DNA of 64,000 nt from Epiperipatus broadwayi. Taxonomy: Eukaryota; Animalia; Onychophora. The notes under the pieces were generated by a model. It was not told the origin of the DNA. It ran no database searches and saw only the letters and a list, made by a program, of their open reading frames with translations. The translations under genes were made by a program, and so were the position numbers. This document shows positions 1 through 12,430 of this stretch, piece after piece. The stretch is taken from assembly GCA_028023455.1 (NCBI GenBank), contig JAQFVV010000010.1, forward strand, positions 12,400,001-12,464,000. The letters run 5' to 3'. Every line of letters starts with the position of its first letter. Position 1 is the first letter of the stretch.

Positions 1-3000
1 GCGTAACATAATTATATCAACGTAAGAAATTAAAGAAAAAATAGCTTACAAAGTTAATACTATTATTAAATGTTTAATAAAAAAAAAATTGGTCTACAAA
101 AATTAACGATAGTAACAAATACATAGTACAAAAAAAGTATCACATGATCACCATTTAGCCTCTATGTATAATAAAAGAACTTTGTAAAATTATAATTAAT
201 AAAATGATAACCAATATAATGTAAGAAAAGAAAGATAAATGAATTAATTTAGTTGTTTTATAACATGCAAAATATGTGAATTGCATAATTTAAGAATATA
301 TACCATATTTTACAACCCTTTCAAATTTGCTGCTAGAAGGAGCTTAAAGAAATAATTTACCTTTTCTTGTAATAAACTAGATAGAAAATCTGAATACATT
401 AATGAAAATTATAAAGTAGTAAAAGTGAGAAAGATATGGAACAAACTTCAAAGTTCAGATATGGTCTTTCTTTCTTTCAAATGTTACCATAAGGAAAAAA
501 CTATTTTTTTGTTTTAATAATCAGTTATAAAATAATTAAATAAATGTAAAAAAAATATTAAAAAAAAAACCATGTTAGGTAAAATGGTACTAAATCCGGT
601 CATTATAATCTAGATAAAAATGTTTTTTTTTTAAAAGCATAGTGATAAAAATTAATACAAACTGAATTATAGGTCAAGTGTTAAAAACATGTTATGAGGA
701 TATAAAATACAAATAGATCTAAAAAAAAATGGCAGTAGTCTAATCTTTACTCAAAAAGAAAGTAGTGCAGATTGATTCCACAAAGAGAATAAAAAATGCC
801 AATAAGTATCTGTTAAAAAAAAAAGTTTTCCTCAAAACAGTTTCAGATAGTTGTACCTAGCTGACTGTTTTAAAGTATTTTTCAATATTCCATTCACCAC
901 AGCAATTACAATAAGATTAGCTAGCAGACTATTCATATGTGGCTAATACAACCAGACCTGCAGATCAAAAGACCTCAAACTATATTCAGTGATATCCAGA
1001 TATGAACATTGAAGCTGCTTAGAATGCATCATTAACCTGCTTTAAAAAAACCATGGTGTAAGGAAAGAAATGGATTCTGCTGTAAAATCTACCATATTGT
1101 TCTTTAGTGGTACTCATCTCCAGTGTCTACTGTCATTTATATCTGAAGAAGATAACCACAAACAGGATTGGATTGATAAAGACTACTGTTTAAGATGTGC
1201 ACATATATAATGAATTTATCTTCTCTACAAAAACCAGTTTTAAAACATTTTATTATCTGATAAAACCTTTTTTTATATTCAATTATAGACCTAAAATTAT
1301 ATAATATTTGTTTATTCAATCCAATATTTTGTAATTTTATTTATTTATGCTTTCTTAAAATTATAGTAATTGTGAATATATAAACAATAACTTTGTATTG
1401 TGAATATATAAACAATAACTTTGTATTTTATTTATTTATTGTAAATAAATTATTTTTTAGTAACCAATTTAGTTTATTGTTGCTTTTCAAATTCATTCTG
1501 AAGATATATCATAAATATAACACTAACTGTGAGAAGCCATGCAATCCACTGGGAAACATGCAAGGGTAAGATCAACGACGATGAGTGATATTAAGATAAC
1601 CAGAAGTTAACTTTTTATTTAGAAAGTTTGACACCTAAAAATTAATTTTAAATTGCATGTTAAAAAAAAAGAAATTAAGAATACTTTGGAAAAATTATGC
1701 TTAATCTTCAGTGCTAGTTATTTTGATTATTATCAGAATTGATTGGTTAGATTACTGCATATATTTGATGTGTTAACCATTTTATTTATATATATACTTT
1801 ATTATCCCAATTCAAACTGTTAACACATGTTCTCTGATAATAAATAGAATAAATATGATAAAGTGATATTACTAGATCACTGCCAATGATAAATTTACCA
1901 CTGCTCATTATCTTTTTGTTATAATTTATTTTAGCATCTCAATTTTAGAACTGTATCATAATTTCTCTGATACATGCCATATACCCTTCAATCCTTACTA
2001 TAATTGCCCAACTGCCATTCTTATTCTTTCATAATCATGATCACACATAATAAATATATAAATAATTTATTGCTCAGTTCATAAAAAATTTGAGTATCAG
2101 TAGTAATGGAGCTGAACTATAATCTAATCTATAAATCTTGAGATCCAGGGTCAGCCATCAATCACGCACCAAATCATGCAAAATATAAACATAAATCAAG
2201 ATATGACTATTACAACTTAACTAATGTATAATTTTAGACCAAAAAAAAAAAAATTCAGTACTAGCATGCCATCTTCCAAACAATAAACTTGAGAACATGA
2301 CATTAATCATTTACAACTTAATTTATTATTATAATTATTGAATATAACTTTCTGAGATAGTAACTATATCACAACTTTCTGAAGAAAGGCTAAATATCAA
2401 ATAGTTATAAAATAAAATGACTTAATTTATTTAATTGTTCAGATATAATAATAACAAGATTGCATTTTTTTTTCTTGCATTTTAAATTAAATAATATATG
2501 AAAAATGAATGGAAACATATATTTTTATATACGTATAGTTTAAAATAAATTTTATACAACCAATGATAGTACTCTATCATTACTAATTTATATTAGAAAT
2601 AAATTTATAACTTTTACTCATTGCAATATATAAAGATATTATGCATCAACATAAATTAAAAACAATTAATAGTAGACCAATTTCAAGCAGTAAGAAAAAT
2701 TATAGAAAAAAAACCAATGAGTATAAGTTACCCTTTTACTCTCAATTTTTAAATTATCAAAAACCATTTGAGTCTAAAAGAATTTCTGTGAGGATTAAAA
2801 ATTTTGGAACATTGGGACAAACCCAGGATCACATAACAAATTATATATTACTTGCTATTCATTAGCAAACACTTTTATTTACTCTAATCTTATGGTATCT
2901 AGTATAAGCTTTAGTAATCTATGGATGCCAGATGATAGTACTTAATAAATCCTTATCCAGTATTTACACTAGATGGCTTAAGAATAGAAATAATAAAACT

Positions 3001-3029
3001 TTGCTAAGTAACAGAAATAATCAAGCTAC

Positions 3030-3800
3030 CTGGTAAAACTAAAAAAATTATCATAGGCAACAATATTTAGCAAGACAATTCCATCTCTCCCAAAACCAAT
3101 TTTACAACAATTTACCAAAAAAAATTTGTGAATTAAAATAGGAAGTAAATAGATTATTTCAGATAATGTGACTGTTTTGGCAAAATAATTATTTAGGACT
3201 ACATAAAATTTTCAAGAGCCATCATGTAAAAGAAGTAAAAAAATAATGAAAAATAAATACTAAAAAAGATTAAAGTAACAATCAATTGCTTCTCAGATAA
3301 GAATAAAATAAAGATTGATAGTAATAAATTAGAAGATTAACAAAACTAAAAAGTCTTTAGTCAAATTATTAATATGATGAAAACATAATTAAGTAGAAAC
3401 TTATACCTGATAGAGAACTTTTGGTAAAAATAATATTAAAAGAAAATATTCTAGTCCTAAAAAGAAAGCTTATGGTTATAAAACTTGAGATTTTACTACA
3501 AGAATAAACACAGAAACTGTAGAGCACACAAATTATGGGTATATATACTGAATTAACAGTATAAGAGAATAGCTATCATATTATTAAAAAAAAAAAAAGG
3601 ATTAAAATACAGCTGGGATAGATATATTAAAATAAGAGATAATAAAAAATAGACAACTAAAATCCTAAACTTTAATTCATGGAATTATAGAACAGATGTA
3701 AGATGGATGGATGAGATGAAGAAGCTCAGAATCAGAAAAATTAAAATAAAAGAAAGCTTTCTGTAGTGGATCAATAATGATTAAAAGACAACGATGATAG
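3030..3800 (+). mobile_element. Degenerate RTE-clade LINE, 3' half
   Basis: Broken-frame similarity to the better preserved RTE at 14470-16010: IIIGNNI*QDNSISPK (cf. IEKxVxQGDPISPK), a matching 3' end (AGATGGATGGATGAGATGAAGAAG; GTGGATCAATAATGATT) and a TGATGA-type tail. Confidence 0.55.
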
Positions 3801-6800
3801 CTGAAATACATTGGAAGCAAATATTAGTAAGAAAAAAATCTGACAAAAAACTTTTTCTGTCCCCAAAATTTTAATTCGTGATTTAAGCTGCACCTCATTA
3901 CTTTCCTATACAATATTTGAAGTACTTTAATTTTTTTATTTATTTTTTGGTTGCGAGTTTTAGTGATTATTGTATGTGTGCCATTCTTATAATCTGGAGT
4001 TCAAGTTTGAAATAGAGCTTAAAATTTTTCAGGAACCAATTCCTAACATATCTAACTATAAAATAATTGTGTAAAACTGATACTTGTCAGTTAAAATAAT
4101 GTTTTTTTTATTATTAAACAAGTAACTAGTCTATTAAGTAATGACTACTTCTATTTCTTGATATTTGTGGAGAGAAGCATAGTCTTGCAAAAAAATATTT
4201 AAGAATATTATTTTATTATATATCTATGTAACTAAAAAAATAATTCATTTTTGCAAATTCTTCACATAATTTTATTATTATAAATTTCTTAACAATTACT
4301 TGTGGTTTTTAATATACATATATTTTTATTTGATAAAATATTGACTAATAACACAATACCAATACAAATAAAATCAATAAGCACATTGTGGCTGGAAACA
4401 AAATTATGAATTATTGACAACAAATGTTTTAGGAAAATTTAAGAAATCTATTGAAATTTATTATTAATAAAAATTGCATTCTTGTGAATAGTTGAAATAT
4501 TTATTATTTTGCTTTCTTTTATGTAATACACATTTTTTTAATTGTAAAATATATTATTTTCTTCGTTTTACTTATTTCATATTAGTATTAGTAAATTAAA
4601 AAATAAATGTGGAGAAATGCAAACATTGTATTTGGTCAACAATGTTTTTTTTTTTTTTTGGTAAATAATTATTTTTGGTAATAGTTTACTAGACAAAGAC
4701 ACCGCCTGATGGCGCCATTGTTATGCCAAAACTATAATACATAAACATTCTAATAAACTATTACCATATTTTTATTGCAAATTATATTTCCTCAATTTTA
4801 TTTAGTATATTTTTGTAGCGGAAATTCAACAATAAATACAGATATTTTATTTTTATTAATTAATTTTTCTTTCACTCAATATATTGGCTAATACATGTTT
4901 TCTATCTAAATATATCTCTACTATTCAGTTTAAACTACTATGCTTATCATTATGCTACTTTTACATTTCCTATAAAATCACAGCAATAAATTGGCCATTA
5001 CATGACAGAATCAATTATTTCAATAGACCATAGGTGAATAGTTTCAGCTTAGAATAGTCTATTTTATATAACTACAAAAATAATGACATAATGCATAAAT
5101 TTCAGAATTGAATAAGTAAGAATTAACTCTAAAAATCACATCTATCTACGATGAAAAAAAAAAAACAACTATATTTAAAATTTTAATTAATGTAACATTT
5201 CCAAAATATTGCCATTTTTAATCTATCTACATAATTTGCATTTTCTTTAATGTATTTTGAAAAAACTTGATTAAGATAAGGTAAAAAAGACCATGAACAG
5301 AACTGCCTTATTTGTTGATTGGTCCACTGGACGCAGTGAGAAAATATCCTGCTCAAGCAATGCTATCATTATAGATTTGAGTACAGAATTATCCCACGCA
5401 AAATGACACTGTAAATCACACATCATTTAATTAATCAGGTATAATACTATTCTAGTACTTCATCCCTAAGACCATTAAATAATCAAATTATACAAATCAA
5501 TTAAATGGTTGCAAGATTTGATGGTTTTCATGTCCTAATCTTGGAATGTTAACAGGAAAAACAAGTAGTCAAGATAATCAATACACTCATCCCTTTAAAA
5601 AATGTCGCAGACTGGTTTTCGAACCAAGGCATCACTATTTATATAAATGCCACTGTAGATGCATCTGAGATCCAGATTATAAATTTGTGCGACAACTTAC
5701 TACTTCAGATGCCATTATTTGTAGTAAAGATATTTATGTCAAGATTTACTAGTATTTACTAATGTTATGGCTGTCTCGGAAAGAAACATGCATACATATG
5801 CAAATATATGCATACATTTAATAGTTTTTTAATAGATACATTACATATTTAAACTCCCACACATTCTTGTATGAAGGCAAATTAAATTAAAATAATCAGA
5901 ACAATAGGGTGCTGTAAGCTAACACATAAACTTCATTGTCACTGATGGAAGTTACTACTATAAATCTAAAATCTCAATATTTAGATAAAGAAACAAAAAA
6001 AAATGTTGTTTACATTGAATATATTAATAACAGATCAAAGTTTCATTCTTCAAACTTATGCTACTGTTTGTTTAAATAAATTATTTCACTGAATGAAACA
6101 TTTAAAGATTAAAATAAAAAAATAACAGTAAAGTCTATCACATAAAGAATGCAATAGTTCAATTTTCATTTTAAATTTCTAAAAGTTTTGACTAGACTTA
6201 TCTATACAATTCATATAAGGTCAATAAAATCATGAAATATTTTAACTTATTAATAAGGGGAGGGCGGTATAATCATGTTTACAAACTATGAACATAATAA
6301 AAAATCAAGGTTTCATTATTTACATTTATGTTGTTTATTTAATAAATTACCAGATTAATTAAAACATATAATTTATTAAAATAAGATTACACTAGCATTG
6401 AGAAAGACTAAAATAATATTTTAATTTTCAATGGTAGAATGGTGACCTTCCTCAATCTTGACCCCACCTTGACCTGAGCTTGAATATCATATAACTTAAC
6501 AAAATTTAAAAAACCTGGAATTATTTTTTTATTAAAATATTTAATAATAATTACTTCTCTAGTGTATATTTTTGTATAAAATTAAAAATTCTAATTTGTT
6601 TCTAAAAAAATTATTTCTTGCTCATCAAAAAGCAACATTATTTTGAGTTATTTGTTCAGAAAAAAAAAAAATCTCATAAATTTTAATGCACTATAATGAT
6701 TCATGAATTATCATAATGAATTAATATTCCATTATGTTTTCTTTCTTTCATTTCTTCATAACTTATTTTAAACATTTAATTATTCTTTTATTTTGTAAAT

Positions 6801-7806
6801 ATGTTCAATCCATATTTTTTTTAAATCAAAACTTCATTACATTCACCATTGTATATTTTCATATAAACAACTCATTATCCTAATGAGACTTCTTATCCAA
6901 TTTATCTTTTTTGAAGAGGAGTTCCATAAGGAACTCTATTTTAAAAAAGATTCTACATTGTCTAGCACTAGCAAAAAAAAAAAGGCAATTCATTATTGAA
7001 AATTCCTAGGAATATTGCTTAAAAGTAAAAAAATATTTAGTTCTTTGATATTACCTCAATCTAAAATACAATTCTGGAAAAAAGAAAATATTACAAAATA
7101 TTACTGTTAAATCATTAAAACAACAAAACTCTCATTCAAAATGATGAAAGATGAAAAAATATAATGTAAATAGACATATTGAAGCAATGGATCTGAAGCC
7201 CGATCCATGCTTCACATCTTCCTATAAACTTAATTAGTATTGTAGACCTGAATTAAGTTTATAGTTGAATATCAGCAGGGTTTTGCATTAGAGTTAAAAA
7301 TAATTATGCTTATCAAATGTGTTTTACATTTAAATATTTTGTTTTAAATAAATTTCATTCTATTAATAAAAATTGCTTAACCTATTAGTCAAACATATAT
7401 ATACATCTAGCGTATATATATGAGTTAATGCAAAATTCTGCTGAAATAAAATGCTTATTCTACTATAAAAAAATAATAATATATTGTTGTTAAAATTTTG
7501 TTAAAATATTTAGTATGATTTGATTTTGAGATAAGCCCACCAACATTTCTAAAAGAATGTATATTTTAATTAGTTAAGCCCATTCAAGTCAAATTAAAGA
7601 TGGCCTTCTCTTTCTTTCTTTTTAGTTAATAGAATTCAAACTTTAAAGAAAGAAATTTAGAGTAAAAAAGTAAAAGTTATTTTTAGAAAATGTTGCTTTG
7701 AAACAAAGGAGCATGGGGAGGCTTATCAAGATCTCAGATCATACAAACAATAGAAGGTAGCTAAGAAAAAAAGTTATAAAAGGGAGAGAACAAAAGAGGA
7801 GATTCA

Positions 7807-7940
7807 TTCAGATTTTGCTATTGGAAGAGTGATATCAGATTTTGCGATTGCAAGGCATTCAGATTTTGCTATTGCAAGTTTCAGTCAGATCTGCTATTGC
7901 AAGGTGCATTCAGATTTCTCTTAGGAGAACTCTGTCAGAT
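7807..7940 (+). repeat. Degenerate minisatellite, about 5 copies of a 23-28 bp unit
   Basis: Repeated core TCAGATTTTGCTATTGCAAG with variable linkers. Confidence 0.75.
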
Positions 7941-8049
7941 TTTGTTTGTGATTTTATTCCAAAAAGTCTACAATTATCGTCTACAAATCATGAAGAAGTT
8001 TGAACCTGCTCAAGCTAAAAATCGTATAAGTATGATGGATTCTAATATG

Positions 8050-8316
8050 CTCGGCTAGGCAAATAAATAGCTTTGCCTATCGGCCGGGGTTCCTCAATAC
8101 CAGAAAAATGCCATAGTATTTACTCAATCGTCATCTGAACTCTGTGCCATGTCTGGAGGACTTTTTGTGAAACCATGCTACTGATTTCCACTTTCCTTGT
8201 CCGGTTGAACACATCTCATCAGACGGATCCAGCTACGCCCGTCGATGGAACATGACCAAGGAATAAGGACGGTAATCATATCTCTCCTCATGAACTATTC
8301 ATTATGCTACCCTTTT
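8050..8316 (-). ncRNA. Candidate structured ncRNA with Sm-class snRNA-like (U11-like) architecture
   Basis: The minus strand starts AAAAAGGG, has a long central hairpin, a GAAATC/GGTTTC stem-loop, an Sm-site-like ATTTTTCTGG and a 3' hairpin (TAGGCAAA/TTTGCCTA plus CGGC/GCCG). No long ORF found. No PSE or 3' box recognised. Confidence 0.25.
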
Positions 8317-9034
8317 TGTCCATACTTTTTATAATTGCTTTCTTGAATATTTATGAAATGTTTGCTTAATGATATTTATAATGTAACTATTTTTATTAGA
8401 ATAGTTAGATATATGTATATGTGATCATCTACTTAGATATTTAACCCCTTTTCTTCGCTATTCTTCATTACTCCCATGTGTAAATATTTTAATTTCATTG
8501 CGGTTAAGTTTATTAGTTAACTGTTCATATAAAAATCCCTTTCCAGTTTTATTCATACTTGTAAAATTTAGTACGAGTAAGTTTCTTTTTTTCTGTTTTG
8601 TTGTTTGCCAATTTGATCTCCTCGATAACGCTTCTTTTGTTCGCCATTAGCTTCTTACGTATGTCAGATTTAGCGATATACATCTTAAATGGTTTTAAAC
8701 TCTGTTTTAGTGCAAAGCAATTAGAAACTGCTTTGCGGAAAATTTTTATTATTACACATTATCGAGCAGATTCGAGTTGACAATGTTTAATAAAACTGGG
8801 AAGGAAAGATTTAGACCGCAAGTATATTAATCGGGTTTTCATTGTCTCATTAGTTATTCAGAAATTTCGGGGAATAGCGAAGGCCATTAAATTATTAATA
8901 ATATTTCAAATGTCATTTATTAAAGACATTTATTTCACTAAAAAGCTTGCGTTTGCTAGTTATCTTTTAATGCTTTGTTTTACTTTCAAATGATCCAGGC
9001 ACGCAGAACACATATTTCTAAGTATTTTTGCAAT

Positions 9035-9270
9035 TTAACTATTTAAGCTCCGCAGGTGGTTTTGTCCATGTATCCCGCTGATGCTAAGCTTGTGGCTCGG
9101 GAAGAAAATATCTATGCGTGTCTCAGATAGTGTTGTTGGTTCGTGGGTTAGTCTCGAGAATATACGAAGAGGGCAGGGGTCATAGTATTCTTGATTTAAT
9201 ATCTCGCGTATGAGTGGCCCCGAGGTACCTTCGCCTAGTATTCGAACTGGGTTAAGCCAACATACATCAT
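9035..9270 (-). CDS. Candidate downstream (terminal) exon of the unidentified minus-strand gene
   Basis: CAG acceptor at 9273-9271; phase 1 matches the donor at 11555; open frame DDVCWLNPVRILGEGTSGPLIREILNQEYYDPC...HLRSLNS*. The polypyrimidine tract is weak and no homology was recognised. Confidence 0.3.
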
Positions 9271-10865
9271 CTGACCGTCACAATATTAATTTTATTTAAA
9301 AAAAAAAATATTAAAAATAAATATTAAACCAACCAAATATGTGTCTTTGCTTTACAATAATGAATAAATCAGAAAATATCTTAGTTTAAATATCTATTAT
9401 ATAATTAGAGAGAAATTTAATTAAAACCATTTAATTATAATTTGGTGCAGTTAAAGAGTCTAGAATCTAAATGTAATTAAAAATTTTGTTTATTATAAGA
9501 GTCTTCTTAAAACCGTGAGAGGGTGTACTTTTTATGTAAACAAACACAAATATAACGTTACCCGGCCTTTTTTTTAAATTATGTTTTTAAATTACATTAG
9601 ACATTTTAGCACCTTGTGACATTTTGCAAACTACTTTTAAACAATTTACGAAACGACATTATTTTGTAAAACACATTATTTTCGAAAATACAAGAATTAC
9701 AATTTTTTAAATTACATTCCACAAGTCAGTGTGTAGTGCTGGAATGTGCATGGGGGAGGGGGATGGTTTTGCCGATCTGAAGGATCGGCCAAAAGATGCA
9801 GTACTCTGAATCAAACCAATATTATGATTTGCAAAACAATGTGCAACCTCAGCCATTTTATTTGTCTTGTATCTGTTCTTAATCTGACCAAAAGATGCAG
9901 TACTCCAAAAGAATGTGCAACCTCAGCCCTTTCATTTGACTCGTAGCTGTTCTCGCGCAAACGTGTCTTTTCACATGACTTGTGTGAAATGGTGCTTGGC
10001 CAGACTCTTTTGCAATAGTTTTCACATTCCGTGATGTGTAGGGAAGCATGGGGATGGGCTTACAATAATTAGTATGTACTAGTACGTCAGTTAGGGTGTA
10101 AGATCACTATTATGAAGGCATATTACAACAGTTATGGCCAGTTGAATTCCAAACACCCTCACGATATATAGTAGCGATCCGTTAAGTGTGCGCATTTGCA
10201 TAGTGTCACAAAGCACATCAGCAGGCCGTAATATTGGTGTGCAACGCCATCTATGCCTGCAACGGCCAATATAAACAGAACTATTCTGTAGGCTGTAACT
10301 TTCTGTGCAAAAGCACAGAAATATTGGACCGCATTAGCGGCATATTTCTGTGCGTTTGCATAGAAAGTATGCCCTCTCACAGTTTCAACACGCTAAGAAA
10401 AGACTACCCTTATTAATAATGGCCTCAATAGTGTAAATGCCAATAGGGGAGTTTGATATAATTGGTCATTGTAGTATTTCATCCTGAATTTCTATCTTTA
10501 GTTAACATCATTAAAAGCTTGAAATAACAATAAACAATTTTTCATGAAATGTGTGTCCTTTATTTTGCTTTATAAAAGAGAAAAAAATAGATTAAAATCA
10601 TATAAAATAATAATGCCAAATAAAAGATGGAAAAGATATATTTTTTCATTTATCTTAAAACTGGATATACATCTTAATGGATTAAGTTCATTAATGTTTA
10701 TCATACAGCTCTAAAATTGAGATACAATAAAATAAAAAATGGCAAACTATCCCTGATAACGATCAAGTATTATTGTTTGATTATAGTATTTTATTATCTA
10801 GCAACTCAAAATGCATTCAAGATAAAAAAATTAAATACACATATATAAAGAAACCAGAAAACAAT

Positions 10866-11156
10866 ATAATGAGCGATGTTAATTGCTTTAATAAGCTTTA
10901 TTGATAAATGCAGCAAAAGAAAGCATTTAAAAATCTCTATCTAGAAATTATCCCCTAATCCCCAGACCACTGGTTTCATGCTTTGGCAATCCTTTAATGA
11001 GGCGCTAGGATAAGTTCAGACCCTAGCGCCTCACTGAGGTTTTTTAAAGCATGAAACCAATGGTCTGAGGATTGGAGGATAATAGAGATTTTTAAATACT
11101 TTCTTTTGCTGCATTTATCAATAAAGCTTATTAGAACAATTAGCACCTCTCATTAT
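10866..11156. mobile_element. Fold-back element with degenerate hammerhead-like cores (Penelope pLTR-like)
   Basis: Imperfect inverted arms of about 140 bp around a 12-nt loop (GAGGCGCTAGG...CCTAGCGCCTC). The right arm reads CCTCA-CTGAGG...GCAT-GAAA-CCAATG-GTC-TGAGG. Confidence 0.8.
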
Positions 11157-11555
11157 TTTTATTTACAAGCTTAAAAAATTGGATCATGTGATATATGACT
11201 ATTTTATTTAGAAAACAATATTTGTGTGCACCCTCACACTGTTTATTTACAAATGTCTCTTTTTTAATTATATAAAAATATGAACACTGTGTCAAAATAT
11301 TCTTGATTGAAATAATAATTTCTATAAGTTTTGTCTTGATTATAAAGTATGTAAAAACAAAATATACTTATCTTAAAAATTAATATTATTTAAAGTTTAA
11401 TTAGTTCTTATAATTAAGTTATAAAATTTGCGATTAAATGTGATAATTTGCAAAACCAATTTATCTGTCTTAATTTTATTTATAAAAATAAATATAACAT
11501 TAATAATATAATTATGTGCATGCAAGTTAAAATATTAATAAGCAAAAATATTTAC

Positions 11556-12147
11556 CTTCTCTGAACAACTTTTCGCTAATAACACAATCATCAGCATTTT
11601 CCAGCTTCAGCGACTTCACAATAGGATGATCTTTATCGCCATCAGTCTCTTCTCTTTGCCTTTTACCAGAAATTCCTTTTGGCGGTTCTGTTCCGAGGGT
11701 GTCGGGCTTCAGTTGATTATCATCATTGTCCATTTTTAAGGACTGCTCAGATAATTCAGAAGTCTCCTTCACATCTCTCTGAACCTGCGACGATACATTT
11801 CGTTCTTGTGCAAAATACTGTTGAGTAGCATCGTCTTTTACTACTTGTGTTGTATGATAACTGGCAATCTGTGATACATGATTGAAGGCAATATGTGGTA
11901 TGGCTTCACAACGCACAAGGGCATTTACTGGAGACCGATGAAAATTCTGGTACGAAGGAAAGGAAAAAGGTATAAGATGGGATTGTGGAATCAAATTATT
12001 TGGCTTATTTAATAATAAAGTATTATGTAAATTCAAACGATAAGTCAAACTATTGGTATCCAATAATGGCCTTGTCCACGAAAAACAAATGGGATAATGG
12101 AGCATACTGCTCCAACGATGCAAATCCATAAAATAATGGCGTCGCAT
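11556..12147 (-). CDS. First coding exon (197 codons + 1 nt) of an unidentified protein-coding gene
   Basis: A 206-codon ORF in very AT-rich DNA. GAAG|GTAAAT donor at 11555 (phase 1); TTTATTTCAG| acceptor at 12249; upstream exon donor TAAG|GTATGT at 12430. The product looks low-complexity/disordered with a KRQREE basic patch. Confidence 0.75.
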
Positions 12148-12430
12148 TAATACTTATTACTGGAATAAAGCCGAACGTCAACAAGACGATACAGCTAGAA
12201 CAATTTCAACTTCTACTAAAATGAACTTTTATACAAAGTAATCAACAGCTGAAATAAATAAATACATTTTATAAAAGGCTTTACCTATGTAACTAATTCT
12301 GAAAAAATGCCATTTTAAAAAAAATTTAAACTAAAACAATAATCACGATTTTTTCAATTTATAAAGAAAATTATAACGATTAAAAAACAAGGAGATCAAA
12401 AGAATATAATTAATATAATATTGAACATAC

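Noticed and set aside
1370-1425. Perfect 28-bp tandem duplication
   Set aside because: Ordinary slippage duplication; the same applies to the approximately 70-bp duplication at 22071-22200.
840-2050. Semi-open frames on the minus strand and a plus-strand donor-like CAAGG|GTAAG at 1565
   Set aside because: All frames contain stops and no recognisable protein; probably TE debris.
5290-5722. Exon-like open frames (minus CHFAWDNSVLKSIMIALLEQ...; plus EKQVVKIINTLIPLKNVADWF...)
   Set aside because: Weak or missing splice sites, conflicting strands, no homology recognised, and the phase does not match the 11556 donor.
8190-8225. CTGATGAG...GAAA on the minus strand as a hammerhead
   Set aside because: No stem II closing pair before GAAA and no stem I or III.
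8040-8316. RNase MRP, U3, 7SK or telomerase RNA assignment
   Set aside because: Only isolated short motif matches; the key conserved regions and a CCUAA template are absent.
8598-8780. Track ORF and adjacent Lys-rich minus frame
   Set aside because: Repeated in-frame stops and no splice support.
10159-10416. Overlapping ORFs on both strands
   Set aside because: Better explained by GC-rich inverted motifs; the acceptor phase is incompatible with the upstream exon.
11556-12147. Naming the gene PUS1 or TRMT1
   Set aside because: Only a few residues resemble their N-termini and no catalytic exon was found.
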